From contig CBDICH010000005.1 of the NCBI GenBank assembly GCA_965277305.1, positions 368,671 through 432,670 of the forward strand: a DNA stretch of 64,000 nt, given 5' to 3'. Of this stretch, positions 1 to 9,545 are shown piece after piece. The DNA comes from Nakamurella sp. Lineage in GTDB: Bacteria > Actinomycetota > Actinomycetes > Mycobacteriales > Nakamurellaceae. The notes beneath the pieces were generated by a model that was not told the DNA's origin, searched no databases, and worked only from the letters and a program-made list of their open reading frames with translations. Every line of letters starts with the position of its first letter. The stretch's first letter is position 1. The position numbers were made by a program, and so were the translations under genes.

Positions 1-1
1 C

Positions 2-592
2 GACGGGGTGTTCGCCATTGCGATCACCCTGCTCGTCCTGGATCTCAAGGTGCCTGAGGATGCGACTGGTTTCGGTCACACCCTGCTGGCTCAGTGGCCC
101 TCTTACCTGGCCTACCTCGCGGCATTTCTGAATATCGCGTCCATCTGGATCAACCACCACGACCTGTTCAACCGGGTCGCTCGCGTCGATATCAGGCTGA
201 TCTGCATCAACCTCTTCCTGCTGTTCATCACCTCGTTGTTTCCGTGGCCGACGTCCGTCCTGGCTGCCGGATTCCGACTGGGCAATCACCACGACCAAGT
301 GATCGCGGCCGTGCTGTTCGCCACCATCGGGTTTTTCGTCCCGCTCGGCTGGATCGCTCTATATCGTTACACCGCAAGTCATCTCGAGCTGCTGACCGCA
401 GCCGAGGATGTGGGCTACGCGCGATCTCGCGCCCGTCAGTCGGTGATCCCGGTCTTCGCCTACCCGGCGGCGGCCGTCGTCGCGATCTGGCAGCCCGTGC
501 TCGCTGTCGTCATCTTCGTGCTGATCCCACTGATCTTCATCGCCACCCTCCTCCTGCCCGCGGGGGTCGGCCGAGCCCGGCGGGCAGACTGA
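2..592 (+). CDS. TMEM175/DUF1211-family membrane protein (putative K+ channel), 5'-truncated by the window edge
   Basis: Frame is open from base 2: DGVFAIAITLLVLDL signature, plus IWINHH and multiple TM helices. Confidence 0.85.
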   Translation, partial: DGVFAIAITLLVLDLKVPEDATGFGHTLLAQWPSYLAYLAAFLNIASIWINHHDLFNRVARVDIRLICINLFLLFITSLFPWPTSVLAAGFRLGNHHDQVIAAVLFATIGFFVPLGWIALYRYTASHLELLTAAEDVGYARSRARQSVIPVFAYPAAAVVAIWQPVLAVVIFVLIPLIFIATLLLPAGVGRARRAD

Positions 593-618
593 GTCCCGTC
601 AGGCAGACTGAGTCCCGT
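583..618. repeat. 17-bp direct repeat GGCAGACTGAGTCCCGT x2 (19-bp period) at the convergent gene junction
   Basis: Copies at 583-599 and 602-618. Confidence 0.9.
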
Positions 619-1042
619 ACTTCGCGCGGTGGGCGAAAACGTCGTCCATGTTGACCTCGGCCCAGGTCTTGAGCGCGCGCATCATCTGCTGCAGCGAAAG
701 ACCCAGCTGAGTCAACTCGTAAGAGACAGTGACGGGCACCGTCGGCGTCGCCGTGCGGGTGATGAGTCCGTCACGCTCCAGCGAGCGAAGCGTCTGCGTC
801 AGCATCTTCTGACTGACACCGGCCAGCAGGCGGGACAACTCGGAGTAGCGCATCGCCCGCGGAGCACCGACGCAGGGGGAGCCCAGCTGATCCAGCTGGT
901 CGCTGCCCAGTGCAGTGAGGATCAGCGCTACCCACTTCCCAGAAATCCGCTCGAGCAGGTCACGACTGGGACATCCCGCGAGAAATGCGTCGTATTCGGA
1001 CTTGGTCTGCGCCCGTTTCTCGGCCGCGGTCGACGTTGCCAT
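599..1042 (-). CDS. HxlR-family winged-helix transcriptional regulator
   Basis: CPSRDLLERISGKW...RYSELSRLLAGVSQKMLTQTLRSLERDGLITR...YELT. Confidence 0.92.
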   Translation of the reverse strand: MATSTAAEKRAQTKSEYDAFLAGCPSRDLLERISGKWVALILTALGSDQLDQLGSPCVGAPRAMRYSELSRLLAGVSQKMLTQTLRSLERDGLITRTATPTVPVTVSYELTQLGLSLQQMMRALKTWAEVNMDDVFAHRAKYGTQSA

Positions 1043-1067
1043 CGTTCTCCCACATCCAGTGCGTTAC

Positions 1068-1100
1068 GCACTTCGAGGTGCCTACTTCCCAACAGGAAGT
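1068..1100. promoter_or_regulatory. Candidate HxlR-type operator (two inverted repeats) in the divergent promoter
   Basis: GCAC-N6-GTGC (1068-1081) and ACTTCC-N5-GGAAGT (1084-1100) between the regulator and the aldo-keto reductase. Confidence 0.45.
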
Positions 1101-1194
1101 TACCTCTCCATAGTGGCCGAAGGGACCGGTGGACACCAGACCCATGATCCGATCGGGCAGTCTCCGCTCGATTCGAAAGGCGAGAGATACCAAT

Positions 1195-2061
1195 ATGCTT
1201 TCCACTTCCACACCCGGTGGCACCTGGACGCTGGGCGACCTGACCGTGACCCGATTCGGCTATGGCGCGATGCAGCTGGCCGGCCCCGGGGTCATGGGAC
1301 CGCCGGCCGACCCCGACAACGCCATCCGCGTTCTTCGTGAAGTCGTCGACCTGGGCATCACCCACCTCGATACCAGCAACGCCTATGGGCCACGGATCAC
1401 CAACCAACTGATCCGGGAAGCCCTGCACCCCTACCCCGAGTCGCTGCACATCGTGACGAAGGTCGGCGCGACCCGCGACGAGAGCGGCGGCTGGCCGACC
1501 GCTCGAGACCCCGAAAGTCTGCGCCGTTCCGTCCACGAGAATCTGGACAGCCTCGGACTCGAGCGGCTCGATCTGGTCAACCTCCGACTCGGCGACGCCC
1601 AGGGACCGCGGCCCGGCTCGCTCGCCGAACCTTTCCGAGCGCTGGCCGAACTCCAGCAAGATGGCCTGATCCGGCATCTCGGAGTGAGCAATGCAACGGC
1701 GGAGCAGGTCGCCGAAGCGCAGACCATCGCGCCGATCGCATGCGTGCAGAACATGTACAACCTCGCGTACCGCCAGGACGACGAGTTGATCGACGCGCTC
1801 GCCGAAACGGGCGTCGCGTATGTGCCGTTCTTCCCACTCGGCGGGTTCAGTCCTCTGCAGTCCGCGGCCCTCTCCGGCGTGGCCCACCGGCGGGAGTCGA
1901 CGCCGATGGCGGTCGCCCTGGCCTGGTTGCTGCAACGGTCGGCGAACATCCTGCTCATCCCGGGTACCTCGTCGCCTGCGCATCTCCGCGAGAACGTGGC
2001 CGGCGCGGGGCTCCCGCTCGACGACATCGACCTCGCCGAGCTGAACCAGATCGGCCGCTGA
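1195..2061 (+). CDS. Aldo/keto reductase
   Basis: GYGAMQL, DTSNAYG, IVTKVG, GVSN, VQNMYNL, IPGTSS motifs; ATG 1195 follows GAAAGG. Confidence 0.92.
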   Translation: MLSTSTPGGTWTLGDLTVTRFGYGAMQLAGPGVMGPPADPDNAIRVLREVVDLGITHLDTSNAYGPRITNQLIREALHPYPESLHIVTKVGATRDESGGWPTARDPESLRRSVHENLDSLGLERLDLVNLRLGDAQGPRPGSLAEPFRALAELQQDGLIRHLGVSNATAEQVAEAQTIAPIACVQNMYNLAYRQDDELIDALAETGVAYVPFFPLGGFSPLQSAALSGVAHRRESTPMAVALAWLLQRSANILLIPGTSSPAHLRENVAGAGLPLDDIDLAELNQIGR

Positions 2062-2127
2062 CGGGGGCCACCGGCAGCGACAACGGGGCGACGAGCGCAG
2101 CGCAGCCCCCGGCGGTATTTTCGGGCG

Positions 2128-2571
2128 GTGGAGCAGCGCATCAGTCTGATCACCCTGGGCGTCACCGACGTGGCCCGAGCGCGGGCGTTCTACGCGAAAT
2201 TGGGTTGGACGAGCCAGGAGGTCGACGAGACCGTCTTCATCCAGGCCGGCGGTCTGGGCATCGTCCTGTGGAGCCGGGCGAAGCTCGCGGCCGATTGCGG
2301 TCTCCCCGACGACGGACCAGCCGGTTTCGGTGGAATAGCTCTCGCTCACAACGTGCGGTCGGTCGCGGAAGTGGACGAGACCGTCGCGGCCGCGCAAGCC
2401 GCGGGCGCCACGATCACCCGGCCACCGACGGAGACGTTCTATGGCGGCTACGCCGCGTACTTCACCGATCTCGACGGCCATCCCTGGGAGATCGCCCACA
2501 ATCCGGGCTTTGCGCTCGCCGCCGATGGCTCGATCGTGATTCCGGATTTCGGCACGAAACAGGACGACTGA
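2128..2571 (+). CDS. VOC/glyoxalase-family protein
   Basis: ISLITLGVTDVARARAFY...GGYAAYFTDLDGHPWEIAHNP. Confidence 0.92.
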   Translation: MEQRISLITLGVTDVARARAFYAKLGWTSQEVDETVFIQAGGLGIVLWSRAKLAADCGLPDDGPAGFGGIALAHNVRSVAEVDETVAAAQAAGATITRPPTETFYGGYAAYFTDLDGHPWEIAHNPGFALAADGSIVIPDFGTKQDD

Positions 2572-2597
2572 GAACCGAAGAGGGCTCTCCTTTCCCC

Positions 2598-2670
2598 GTT
2601 ACCCCCCGGTTCACTCGTCGTTCACCTACAACCCCTATCGTTCACCTGGTTGCCCTCAGTAGGGTTCAAC
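2598..2670 (+). promoter_or_regulatory. PHO-box-like direct repeats (GTTCAC units at 11-nt spacing)
   Basis: GTTACCC 2598, GTTCACT 2609, GTTCACC 2620, GTTCACC 2640, GTTCAAC 2664, all upstream of a Pit transporter. Confidence 0.65.
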
Positions 2671-2732
2671 GACCACCGTTCGCCCCTCAGCTGTTCGCAG
2701 GGCGAAGTCTGCCGACACGGGAACGAGATCTG

Positions 2733-3899
2733 ATGGATACGACGATGTTCCTGGTCGTGGTGGTGATCATCACCGCACTCGCTTTCGACTTCACCAATGG
2801 ATTCCACGACAGCGCCAATGCCATGGCGACGTCGGTGGCCACCGGCGCGCTGAAGCCGAAAGTGGCGGTGCTGATCGCCGCCGTGTTGAACCTGGTCGGC
2901 GCCCTGCTCTCGACCGAAGTGTCCAAGACGATTTCCGGCGGCATCGTGGTCGACGCGAAAGTCACGCCGTTGATGATCTTCGCGGGACTGGTCGGCGCCA
3001 TCCTGTGGAACCTGACCACGTGGCTCTTCGGCCTCCCGTCCAGTTCCTCGCATGCTCTGTTCGGCGGCCTCATCGGTGCGGTGCTGGTGGGCGCGGGTAC
3101 ATCGGCGGTGAACATCTCGGTGGTGCTGTCCAAGGTGATCCTGCCGGCGCTGATGGCGCCGGTGGTCGCCGGTGCCGCTGCGGCGGGCGCGACCTTCCTC
3201 GCCTACAAACTGGTCCGCAAGCCCGAGGACGGGCCCGGCGCCAGGGGTTTTCGGCACGGTCAGACTGTCTCCTCCTCGCTCGTCGCGCTGGCACACGGCA
3301 CCTCGGACGGCCAGAAGACGATGGGGGTGATCACCCTGGTGCTGATCACCGCCGGCTACCAGGCGACCGGCTCCGGCCCAGAACTCTGGGTCATCCTCTC
3401 GGCCGGTCTGGCCATGGGACTGGGCACCTATTCGGGTGGCTGGAGAATCATGCGGACCATGGGCAAAGGCATCGTCGACGTCAGGGCCCCCCAGGGCTTC
3501 GCTGCCGAGACGGCCTCGGGCGTCGCCATACTGGCCTCGTCCCACCTCGGATTCGCGCTGTCCACCACCCAGGTGTGTTCGGGATCGATCGTCGGGTCCG
3601 GACTCGGCAAGAAGCTCGCCGTCGTCAAGTGGGGCACCGCTCGAAAGATGGTCTACGCCTGGGCGCTGACCCTGCCGGCCGCTGCGCTGGTCGGCGGCCT
3701 CGCCGCCTACGTCGCGGAACGCGGGACGCTGGGCACCATCTTCGTCGGCCTGGCCTTGATCGCATGCGCCTCGGCGATCTGGGTGATCTCCCGTCGGGCC
3801 CCGGTCACCAGCGACAACGTGCTCGACTCCGACGAGGTCTCGCTGACCGCAGAGCCGGAGCCGGCTCAGGTCGTCGACAAGGGGGTATCGGCCGTATGA
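2733..3899 (+). CDS. pitA: Inorganic phosphate transporter, PiT family
   Basis: FDFTNGFHDSANAMATSV, GLPSSSSH, HGTSDGQKTMG, GGWRIMRTMG; real start ATG 2733 lies inside the track ORF 1740..3899. Confidence 0.93.
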   Translation: MDTTMFLVVVVIITALAFDFTNGFHDSANAMATSVATGALKPKVAVLIAAVLNLVGALLSTEVSKTISGGIVVDAKVTPLMIFAGLVGAILWNLTTWLFGLPSSSSHALFGGLIGAVLVGAGTSAVNISVVLSKVILPALMAPVVAGAAAAGATFLAYKLVRKPEDGPGARGFRHGQTVSSSLVALAHGTSDGQKTMGVITLVLITAGYQATGSGPELWVILSAGLAMGLGTYSGGWRIMRTMGKGIVDVRAPQGFAAETASGVAILASSHLGFALSTTQVCSGSIVGSGLGKKLAVVKWGTARKMVYAWALTLPAAALVGGLAAYVAERGTLGTIFVGLALIACASAIWVISRRAPVTSDNVLDSDEVSLTAEPEPAQVVDKGVSAV

Positions 3900-4126
3900 G
3901 AATCGACTGGGCCTCACTCGGCACTGTCGCGGTCGTGACCGTCGCCGTCACCCTGGTCGTCGTCGGGACTGTTTCGGTCGGCATCTCTTCGCTCGTCACG
4001 GCGGAGAACCGCGCCGCCGCGGGCGCGTCGGCGGTGTCCGCCAAGATCGCCGGCTACCTGTGCATCGGCGTGGCCGGACTGATCCTGCTCTACGGCCTCT
4101 ACCTGATCATCCCGCAGTTCCACTGA
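3896..4126 (+). CDS. Small two-TM membrane protein translationally coupled to pit
   Basis: ATGA overlap with the pit stop; MRIDWASLGTVAVV...LLYGLYLIIPQFH. Confidence 0.8.
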   Translation: MRIDWASLGTVAVVTVAVTLVVVGTVSVGISSLVTAENRAAAGASAVSAKIAGYLCIGVAGLILLYGLYLIIPQFH

Positions 4127-5537
4127 GCGGCGGCGAACCGACCGGCTGCGGATCGACGGGTAGCGCAATGGTCATGCAGACGCCGCCTTCCGGCGCCGGC
4201 CCGGCCACGATCGTGCCGCCCAGCCGGTTGACGAGGCTGTGCGCCAGCGCCAGACCGAGACCGGCACCGACCGCGCGGCGCCCGCGATACCGTTCGTGCA
4301 GGACGCCCTGCTCGAACGCCACGGGGTAGTCCTCGGCCGCCAGACCCGGGCCGCCGTCACGCACCTCCAGGATCACGGTGTGCTGGTCGGTCCGCAGGGC
4401 GAGCACCAGCGGCGCCCCGGCCGGCAGCAGCCGCAGCGCGTTCTCCGCCAGCCCGTCGAGCACCTGGCGCAACCGCCGGGCGTCCGTCGACAGCACGACG
4501 GGTCCGGTCGGGAGCTGGACCACCAGCGGGACCTCCCGCTGATCGCAGCGCACCTGCCACACCGTGGCCATGTCCCGGACCAGCGCGGTCAGCTCGCACG
4601 GGCCGGTCTCCAGCCGGAAGGAGTCCGCACCGAGCCGGGCCAGGTCGAGCAGATCGAAGACCAGCCGCTCCAGTCTGGCCGATTCTGCGGTGATGGTGCG
4701 ACCGACCCCAGGGACCTCGTCGGACGGGACGATGCCGTCGCTCAGTGCCTGTGCCTGCCCGCTGATCGCGGCCAACGGGGTGCGCAGTTCGTGGGAGACC
4801 GAGGTGAGGAACTCCCGCTGCCGCAACTCGCTGTGCTGCAACGCGTCAGCCAGCTCGTTCACGGCGATCGCCACATCGGCGACCTCGCTGGGGCCGGCCA
4901 CCGGTGCTCTGGTCTGGCGCGACCCGGCACCCATCGCCCGCGCCGTTTCCGCCGTCCGCCGGAGCGGCCGGGTCACCAGTCGGGCGATCACCAGCCCGCC
5001 GATCACCGCCGCCACCAGCCCGATCGCCAGCGCCAGCAGGACCCGGCGCTGTAGCGACTGCTGCGTCCCGGCCCCGATGTCGGCCGACGCAACCAGGGCG
5101 AAGCCCCGAGCCGCGGCGCCCCGAGCCTCCAACAGCTCGCTGCGTCCGTTCACCCTCAGCGTTCTCGAGATCGATTGCCCGTCGGACAGGTCCGCCACTC
5201 CGGCCGCGGTGGCCAGCTTCACCGCGGCGGCGTTCGCCCCGGACAGGTGCCCGTTCTTCCCGACGATCACCACCGAGATCCCTTGCTTGTCCAACACCTC
5301 CGCAAGCTTGGCCAAGCCGATGCGATAGCCGGGATCCTCGCCGGTCATCTGGTCCTGGATCACATCCGCCTGGTTCGACAGGTAGTTCCTGGTCACGTCC
5401 ACCGCGGTGTTGCGGATCATCGCGGCGCCCACCACCCCGGCGATCAGTGCGACGGCGATGGCGACACTGACGACCAGCACGGTGATGCGCAGCGCCAGCG
5501 AGGTGCGCCGCACCGGATCAGGTGGCTTCGACGGCAT
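4107..5537 (-). CDS. HAMP-domain sensor histidine kinase
   Basis: Two TM helices, HAMP, H-box VSHELRTPL, N-box, DGGPG, GAGLGLA; start uncertain (5537 or 5576). Confidence 0.92.
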   Translation of the reverse strand: MPSKPPDPVRRTSLALRITVLVVSVAIAVALIAGVVGAAMIRNTAVDVTRNYLSNQADVIQDQMTGEDPGYRIGLAKLAEVLDKQGISVVIVGKNGHLSGANAAAVKLATAAGVADLSDGQSISRTLRVNGRSELLEARGAAARGFALVASADIGAGTQQSLQRRVLLALAIGLVAAVIGGLVIARLVTRPLRRTAETARAMGAGSRQTRAPVAGPSEVADVAIAVNELADALQHSELRQREFLTSVSHELRTPLAAISGQAQALSDGIVPSDEVPGVGRTITAESARLERLVFDLLDLARLGADSFRLETGPCELTALVRDMATVWQVRCDQREVPLVVQLPTGPVVLSTDARRLRQVLDGLAENALRLLPAGAPLVLALRTDQHTVILEVRDGGPGLAAEDYPVAFEQGVLHERYRGRRAVGAGLGLALAHSLVNRLGGTIVAGPAPEGGVCMTIALPVDPQPVGSPPLSGTAG

Positions 5538-6219
5538 ACCCGACACCCCGCACGGTCCGGATCGGGCTGGCATCACCGAGCTTGGACCGGAGCGCGGCGA
5601 TGTGGACGTCGACCGTGCGCAACCCGGACGCCACCGCGTACCCCCACACCGAGCTGAGCAGACTCTGCCGGTCGAAGACCCGCTCCGGATGCTTCATCAG
5701 ATGAATCAGCAGATCGAATTCGGTTGCGGTGAGCGCGATCTCCCGAGCATCGACCCACACCCGCCGCTGGGACGTGTCGGCGCGCAACCGACCGGCGACC
5801 AACACCGGCGAACCGCCCACCGCCGCTGCGCCGGACCGCCGCAGCACGGTCCGCACCCTGGCCACCAGCTCGCGGGGGTTGAACGGCTTCACCAGGTAGT
5901 CGTCGCCGCCCAGTTCCAGTCCCAGTATGCGATCGACGTCCTCGTCCCTGGCCGTCACGAACAGGATCGGGGTCCAGTCACCTTCGGCCCGTAGCTGCTG
6001 GCAGACGGTGAGCCCGTCGATGTCCGGCAGACCGATGTCCATCACCACGGCCACCGGACGATCCCGCCGGATGATGGCCTTCGCGTCCTGGCCGCGGCCG
6101 GTGGTCTGGACGGAGAACCCGGCGGCCACCAGGTAACGGCGGATCACGTCGGCGATGGTGCTCTCGTCCTCGACCACGAGGACCAGACCACGGGCCAAGC
6201 CGGTGCCCTGTGTACTCAC
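5518..6219 (-). CDS. OmpR/PhoB-family response regulator
   Basis: VVEDE, MDIGLP, TAR, DDYLVKPF, LTATEF, TVDVHI, TVRGVGY. Confidence 0.93.
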   Translation of the reverse strand: MSTQGTGLARGLVLVVEDESTIADVIRRYLVAAGFSVQTTGRGQDAKAIIRRDRPVAVVMDIGLPDIDGLTVCQQLRAEGDWTPILFVTARDEDVDRILGLELGGDDYLVKPFNPRELVARVRTVLRRSGAAAVGGSPVLVAGRLRADTSQRRVWVDAREIALTATEFDLLIHLMKHPERVFDRQSLLSSVWGYAVASGLRTVDVHIAALRSKLGDASPIRTVRGVGYAVEAT

Positions 6220-6396
6220 CGCCACTCCCTTTCGGCCTGCTGGCTGCTGACTGCTCACTGCGGAGCGGGATCCGGCGACCACCGCCCCGCCTGGAGTATC
6301 CCTTTCCCGCGATCGGGCCGGGTGGGCGCCGTGTTCGGGTCCGGTCAAGATCGGGTCACGGCATCAGGACACGCCGCCCGCCGTAGGGTGACCGAC

Positions 6397-7359
6397 ATGG
6401 CAACTCCCGTCGTCAGCGAGATCTTCGACCCACAGAGGTGGCGGCCCGTCCGCGGTCACGGATTCGACGACTTCACCGATATCACCTACCACCGGCACAT
6501 CGGGACCGCCCCCGATGGCAGCACGGTGGACCTCCCCACCGTGCGCATCGCTTTCAACCGCCCGGAGGTCCGCAACGCCTTCCGCCCGCACACCGTCGAC
6601 GAGCTCTACCGGGCGTTGGACCATGCCCGCATGACGAGCAGGGTCGGCTGTGTCCTGCTCACCGGCAACGGGCCGTCGGCCAAGGACGGCGGCTGGGCTT
6701 TCTGCTCCGGCGGCGACCAGCGGATCCGTGGCCGGGACGGCTACCAGTACGCCGACGGCACCCAGGGGGTCGACGACGGGCCGGATTCCATCGAGCCGGG
6801 TCGGGCCGGCCGGTTGCACATCCTGGAAGTGCAGCGCCTGATCCGATTCATGCCCAAGGTCGTCATCGCCGTCGTACCCGGCTGGGCCGCCGGCGGTGGC
6901 CATTCGCTGCACGTCACCTGCGATCTGACCCTGGCCAGTGCCGAACACGCCAGGTTCAAACAGACGGACGCCGACGTGGGCAGCTTCGACGCCGGATACG
7001 GGTCGGCCTACCTGGCGACGATGGTGGGACAGAAATTCGCCCGGGAGATCTTCTTCCTCGGCCGTGAATACAGCGCCGCCCAGATGCACCAGATGGGCGC
7101 CGTCAACGAGGTCGTTCCGCACGCCGAGCTGGAAACCGTTGCGCTGCAATGGGCTCACGAGATCAACGGGAAGTCCCCCACCGCTCAGCGGATGCTGAAG
7201 TACGCCTTCAACCTGCCCGACGACGGACTGGTAGGACAGCAGCTGTTCGCCGGCGAGGCGACCCGGCTGGCCTACGGCACCGACGAGGCCGTCGAGGGGC
7301 GCGACTCGTTCCTGCAGAAGAGATCTCCGGATTTCTCCCCGTACCCGTGGGCCTTCTGA
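6397..7359 (+). CDS. menB: 1,4-dihydroxy-2-naphthoyl-CoA synthase
   Basis: RPEVRNAFRP, FCSGGDQRIRG, GWAAGGGHSL, VGSFDAGYG. Confidence 0.96.
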   Translation: MATPVVSEIFDPQRWRPVRGHGFDDFTDITYHRHIGTAPDGSTVDLPTVRIAFNRPEVRNAFRPHTVDELYRALDHARMTSRVGCVLLTGNGPSAKDGGWAFCSGGDQRIRGRDGYQYADGTQGVDDGPDSIEPGRAGRLHILEVQRLIRFMPKVVIAVVPGWAAGGGHSLHVTCDLTLASAEHARFKQTDADVGSFDAGYGSAYLATMVGQKFAREIFFLGREYSAAQMHQMGAVNEVVPHAELETVALQWAHEINGKSPTAQRMLKYAFNLPDDGLVGQQLFAGEATRLAYGTDEAVEGRDSFLQKRSPDFSPYPWAF

Positions 7360-7380
7360 CGTCCAGCGGATGACCGTGTC

Positions 7381-8589
7381 ATGAGACGTACCGTCGAGCT
7401 GCTGGAGATACCGACCGGACCCGCGCTGCTGGCGCTGCGACCGCGGATCGCGGCTGCGCTGTCCGGAGAGGGACCTGCCCTGGCGCCCGTCGCCGCCGGA
7501 GACGAACGCCAGATGGCTCTGCTCACCGAGGCTTTCGGTCTCGGGACGGCTCTTGCACGGGACGAGGACGATCCCACCGATCCAACCGCGATCGTGATCG
7601 CCACCTCTGGCTCGACGGGAGCCCCCAAGGGCACTCTGCTGCCCCGCTCGGCCCTGGCCGCGTCTGCGGCCGCCACCCAGGCACGGCTGGGCCCGGAGGG
7701 GACCTGGCTACTGGCGCTGCCGGCCCACCACATCGCCGGCCTGCAGGTGCTGCTGCGATCGATGGTGGCGGGGTCACGTCCCCACCTCCTGGACACCGGC
7801 GAACATTTCACGGCGGAGCGTTTCGTCGTGGCGGTGAAAGAACTCCCGCCCGGCCCCCGCTACGTATCGCTGGTTCCGACCCAGCTGCACCGGCTGCTGC
7901 AGCACAGTGCGGCGACGACGGCGCTCGCCACGTTCACCGCGGTGCTGGTGGGCGGGTCCGCCACGCCCACCCCACTGCTGGAGCAGGCCAGACGGGCGGG
8001 TGCGGCCGTCGTGACGACCTACGGCATGAGCGAGACGTGCGGCGGATGCATCTACGACGGCATCCCGCTGGACGGGGTCAGCGCGCGCCTGGACACCGAC
8101 GGCCGGGTCCGGCTCACCGGGCCCGTGGTCGGGCGCGGGTATCGAAACCTGCCCGACCACCCGGCCTTCGACGGCGCGGGCACTTTCCGCACCGACGACC
8201 TCGGCGACTGGACGGACGGACGGCTGCGCATCCTCGGTCGCGTCGACGACGTCATCATCAGCGGTGGGTTGAAGATCACCCCGTCGCACTTGGAGGCGGC
8301 CGTCGCCCACCTGGCCTCGGTGGCCGAGGTCGTGATGGTGGGCATCGCCGACGCCGAGTGGGGCCAGCGAGTGGCAGCCGTGGTGGTACCCGCCGACGCC
8401 AGAGAGCCACCGCGACTGGAGGATCTGCGTGCGGCGTGCACGGCCGCCGGCATCGGCCCGGCACTGCAACCGCGGTCGCTGGCATTGGTCCGGTCGCTCC
8501 CACTGCGCGGCCCGGGCAAGCCCGACCGGATCGCCGCCGCCGGTCTGGCCACCGGTCAACTGGCACGTGACGTCGACAGATCCCATTAG
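7381..8589 (+). CDS. menE: o-succinylbenzoate-CoA ligase
   Basis: TSGSTGAPKG, HHIAGLQV, TYGMSET, GKPDR; lies between menB and menA. Confidence 0.92.
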   Translation: MRRTVELLEIPTGPALLALRPRIAAALSGEGPALAPVAAGDERQMALLTEAFGLGTALARDEDDPTDPTAIVIATSGSTGAPKGTLLPRSALAASAAATQARLGPEGTWLLALPAHHIAGLQVLLRSMVAGSRPHLLDTGEHFTAERFVVAVKELPPGPRYVSLVPTQLHRLLQHSAATTALATFTAVLVGGSATPTPLLEQARRAGAAVVTTYGMSETCGGCIYDGIPLDGVSARLDTDGRVRLTGPVVGRGYRNLPDHPAFDGAGTFRTDDLGDWTDGRLRILGRVDDVIISGGLKITPSHLEAAVAHLASVAEVVMVGIADAEWGQRVAAVVVPADAREPPRLEDLRAACTAAGIGPALQPRSLALVRSLPLRGPGKPDRIAAAGLATGQLARDVDRSH

Positions 8590-8600
8590 GGTTCATCCAC

Positions 8601-9473
8601 GTGGCAACAGCAAACCAGTGGCTCTCCGCGTCCCGGCCCCGCACGCTCCCGGCCGCCGTCGCGCCTGTGCTCGTCGGCGCCGGCGCCGCCGCGGCCAGCG
8701 ACTACTTCTCCTGGTGGAAGACGCTGCTGGCCCCGGTGGTCTCGCTGGCCCTGCAGGTCGGGGTCAACTACGCCAACGACTACTCGGACGGGATCCGCGG
8801 TACGGACGAGGTCCGGGTCGGCCCGATGCGTCTCGTCGGTTCCGGCGCAGCCAAGGCGTCACAGGTCAAACTCGCCGCCTTCGGGTGCTTCGCGGTGGCC
8901 GGCGTCGCCGGTCTGGTGCTGGCCGCCGTCACCACCTGGTGGCTCCTGCCGTTCGGCATCGCCGCGGTCGCCGCCGCCTGGTTCTACACGGGCGGCCCGA
9001 AACCGTACGGCTACGCCGGCTTCGGCGAGATCTTCGTCTTCGTGTTCTTCGGCCTGATGGCTGTGCTGGGCACCTGCTACGTCAACAGCCGGCAGATCAC
9101 CTTCACCGCCGTGGTGGCCGCAATCGGCGTCGGGCTGCTGGCGTGCTCGCTGCTGATGGTCAACAACCTGCGGGACGTGGCGACCGATGCCGTGACGGGG
9201 AAGCGGACCCTCGCGGTGCTGCTGGGGGACCGGCTCGCCAGGCTGGTGCTGGTATTGACCATCGGCGGTGCCTACCTGGCTGTGCTGGTGATCAGCCTCC
9301 GTCATCCGTGGTGCCTCCTGGCGCTGCTCAGCGTGCCGCTGGCCATCCCGCCCATCCGCCAGGTCCTGGGCGGCGACAAGGGATCGACACTGATCAGGTC
9401 GCTCGGCGCCATCGGTCGGCTGGAGTTCGTCTACGCCGTGCTGCTGACCGTCGGCCTGGTGCTCGACAGGTAG
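8601..9473 (+). CDS. menA: 1,4-dihydroxy-2-naphthoate polyprenyltransferase
   Basis: RPRTLPAA, NYANDYSDGIRGTD, NNLRD...GKRTL. Confidence 0.95.
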   Translation: MATANQWLSASRPRTLPAAVAPVLVGAGAAAASDYFSWWKTLLAPVVSLALQVGVNYANDYSDGIRGTDEVRVGPMRLVGSGAAKASQVKLAAFGCFAVAGVAGLVLAAVTTWWLLPFGIAAVAAAWFYTGGPKPYGYAGFGEIFVFVFFGLMAVLGTCYVNSRQITFTAVVAAIGVGLLACSLLMVNNLRDVATDAVTGKRTLAVLLGDRLARLVLVLTIGGAYLAVLVISLRHPWCLLALLSVPLAIPPIRQVLGGDKGSTLIRSLGAIGRLEFVYAVLLTVGLVLDR

Positions 9474-9545
9474 GTCCGGACAGGTACCGCCGGTCCCCGG
9501 TCAGGTCCGGCCGAATTACGTTCGCACCCCGAGTACGCATCGTGC

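Noticed and set aside
583-618. Target-site duplication or att site of a mobile element
   Set aside because: The copies are only 2 bp apart with nothing inserted between them
1740-2732. N-terminal extension making Pit 719 aa
   Set aside because: It overlaps the aldo-keto reductase and VOC genes in another frame; homology begins at ATG 2733
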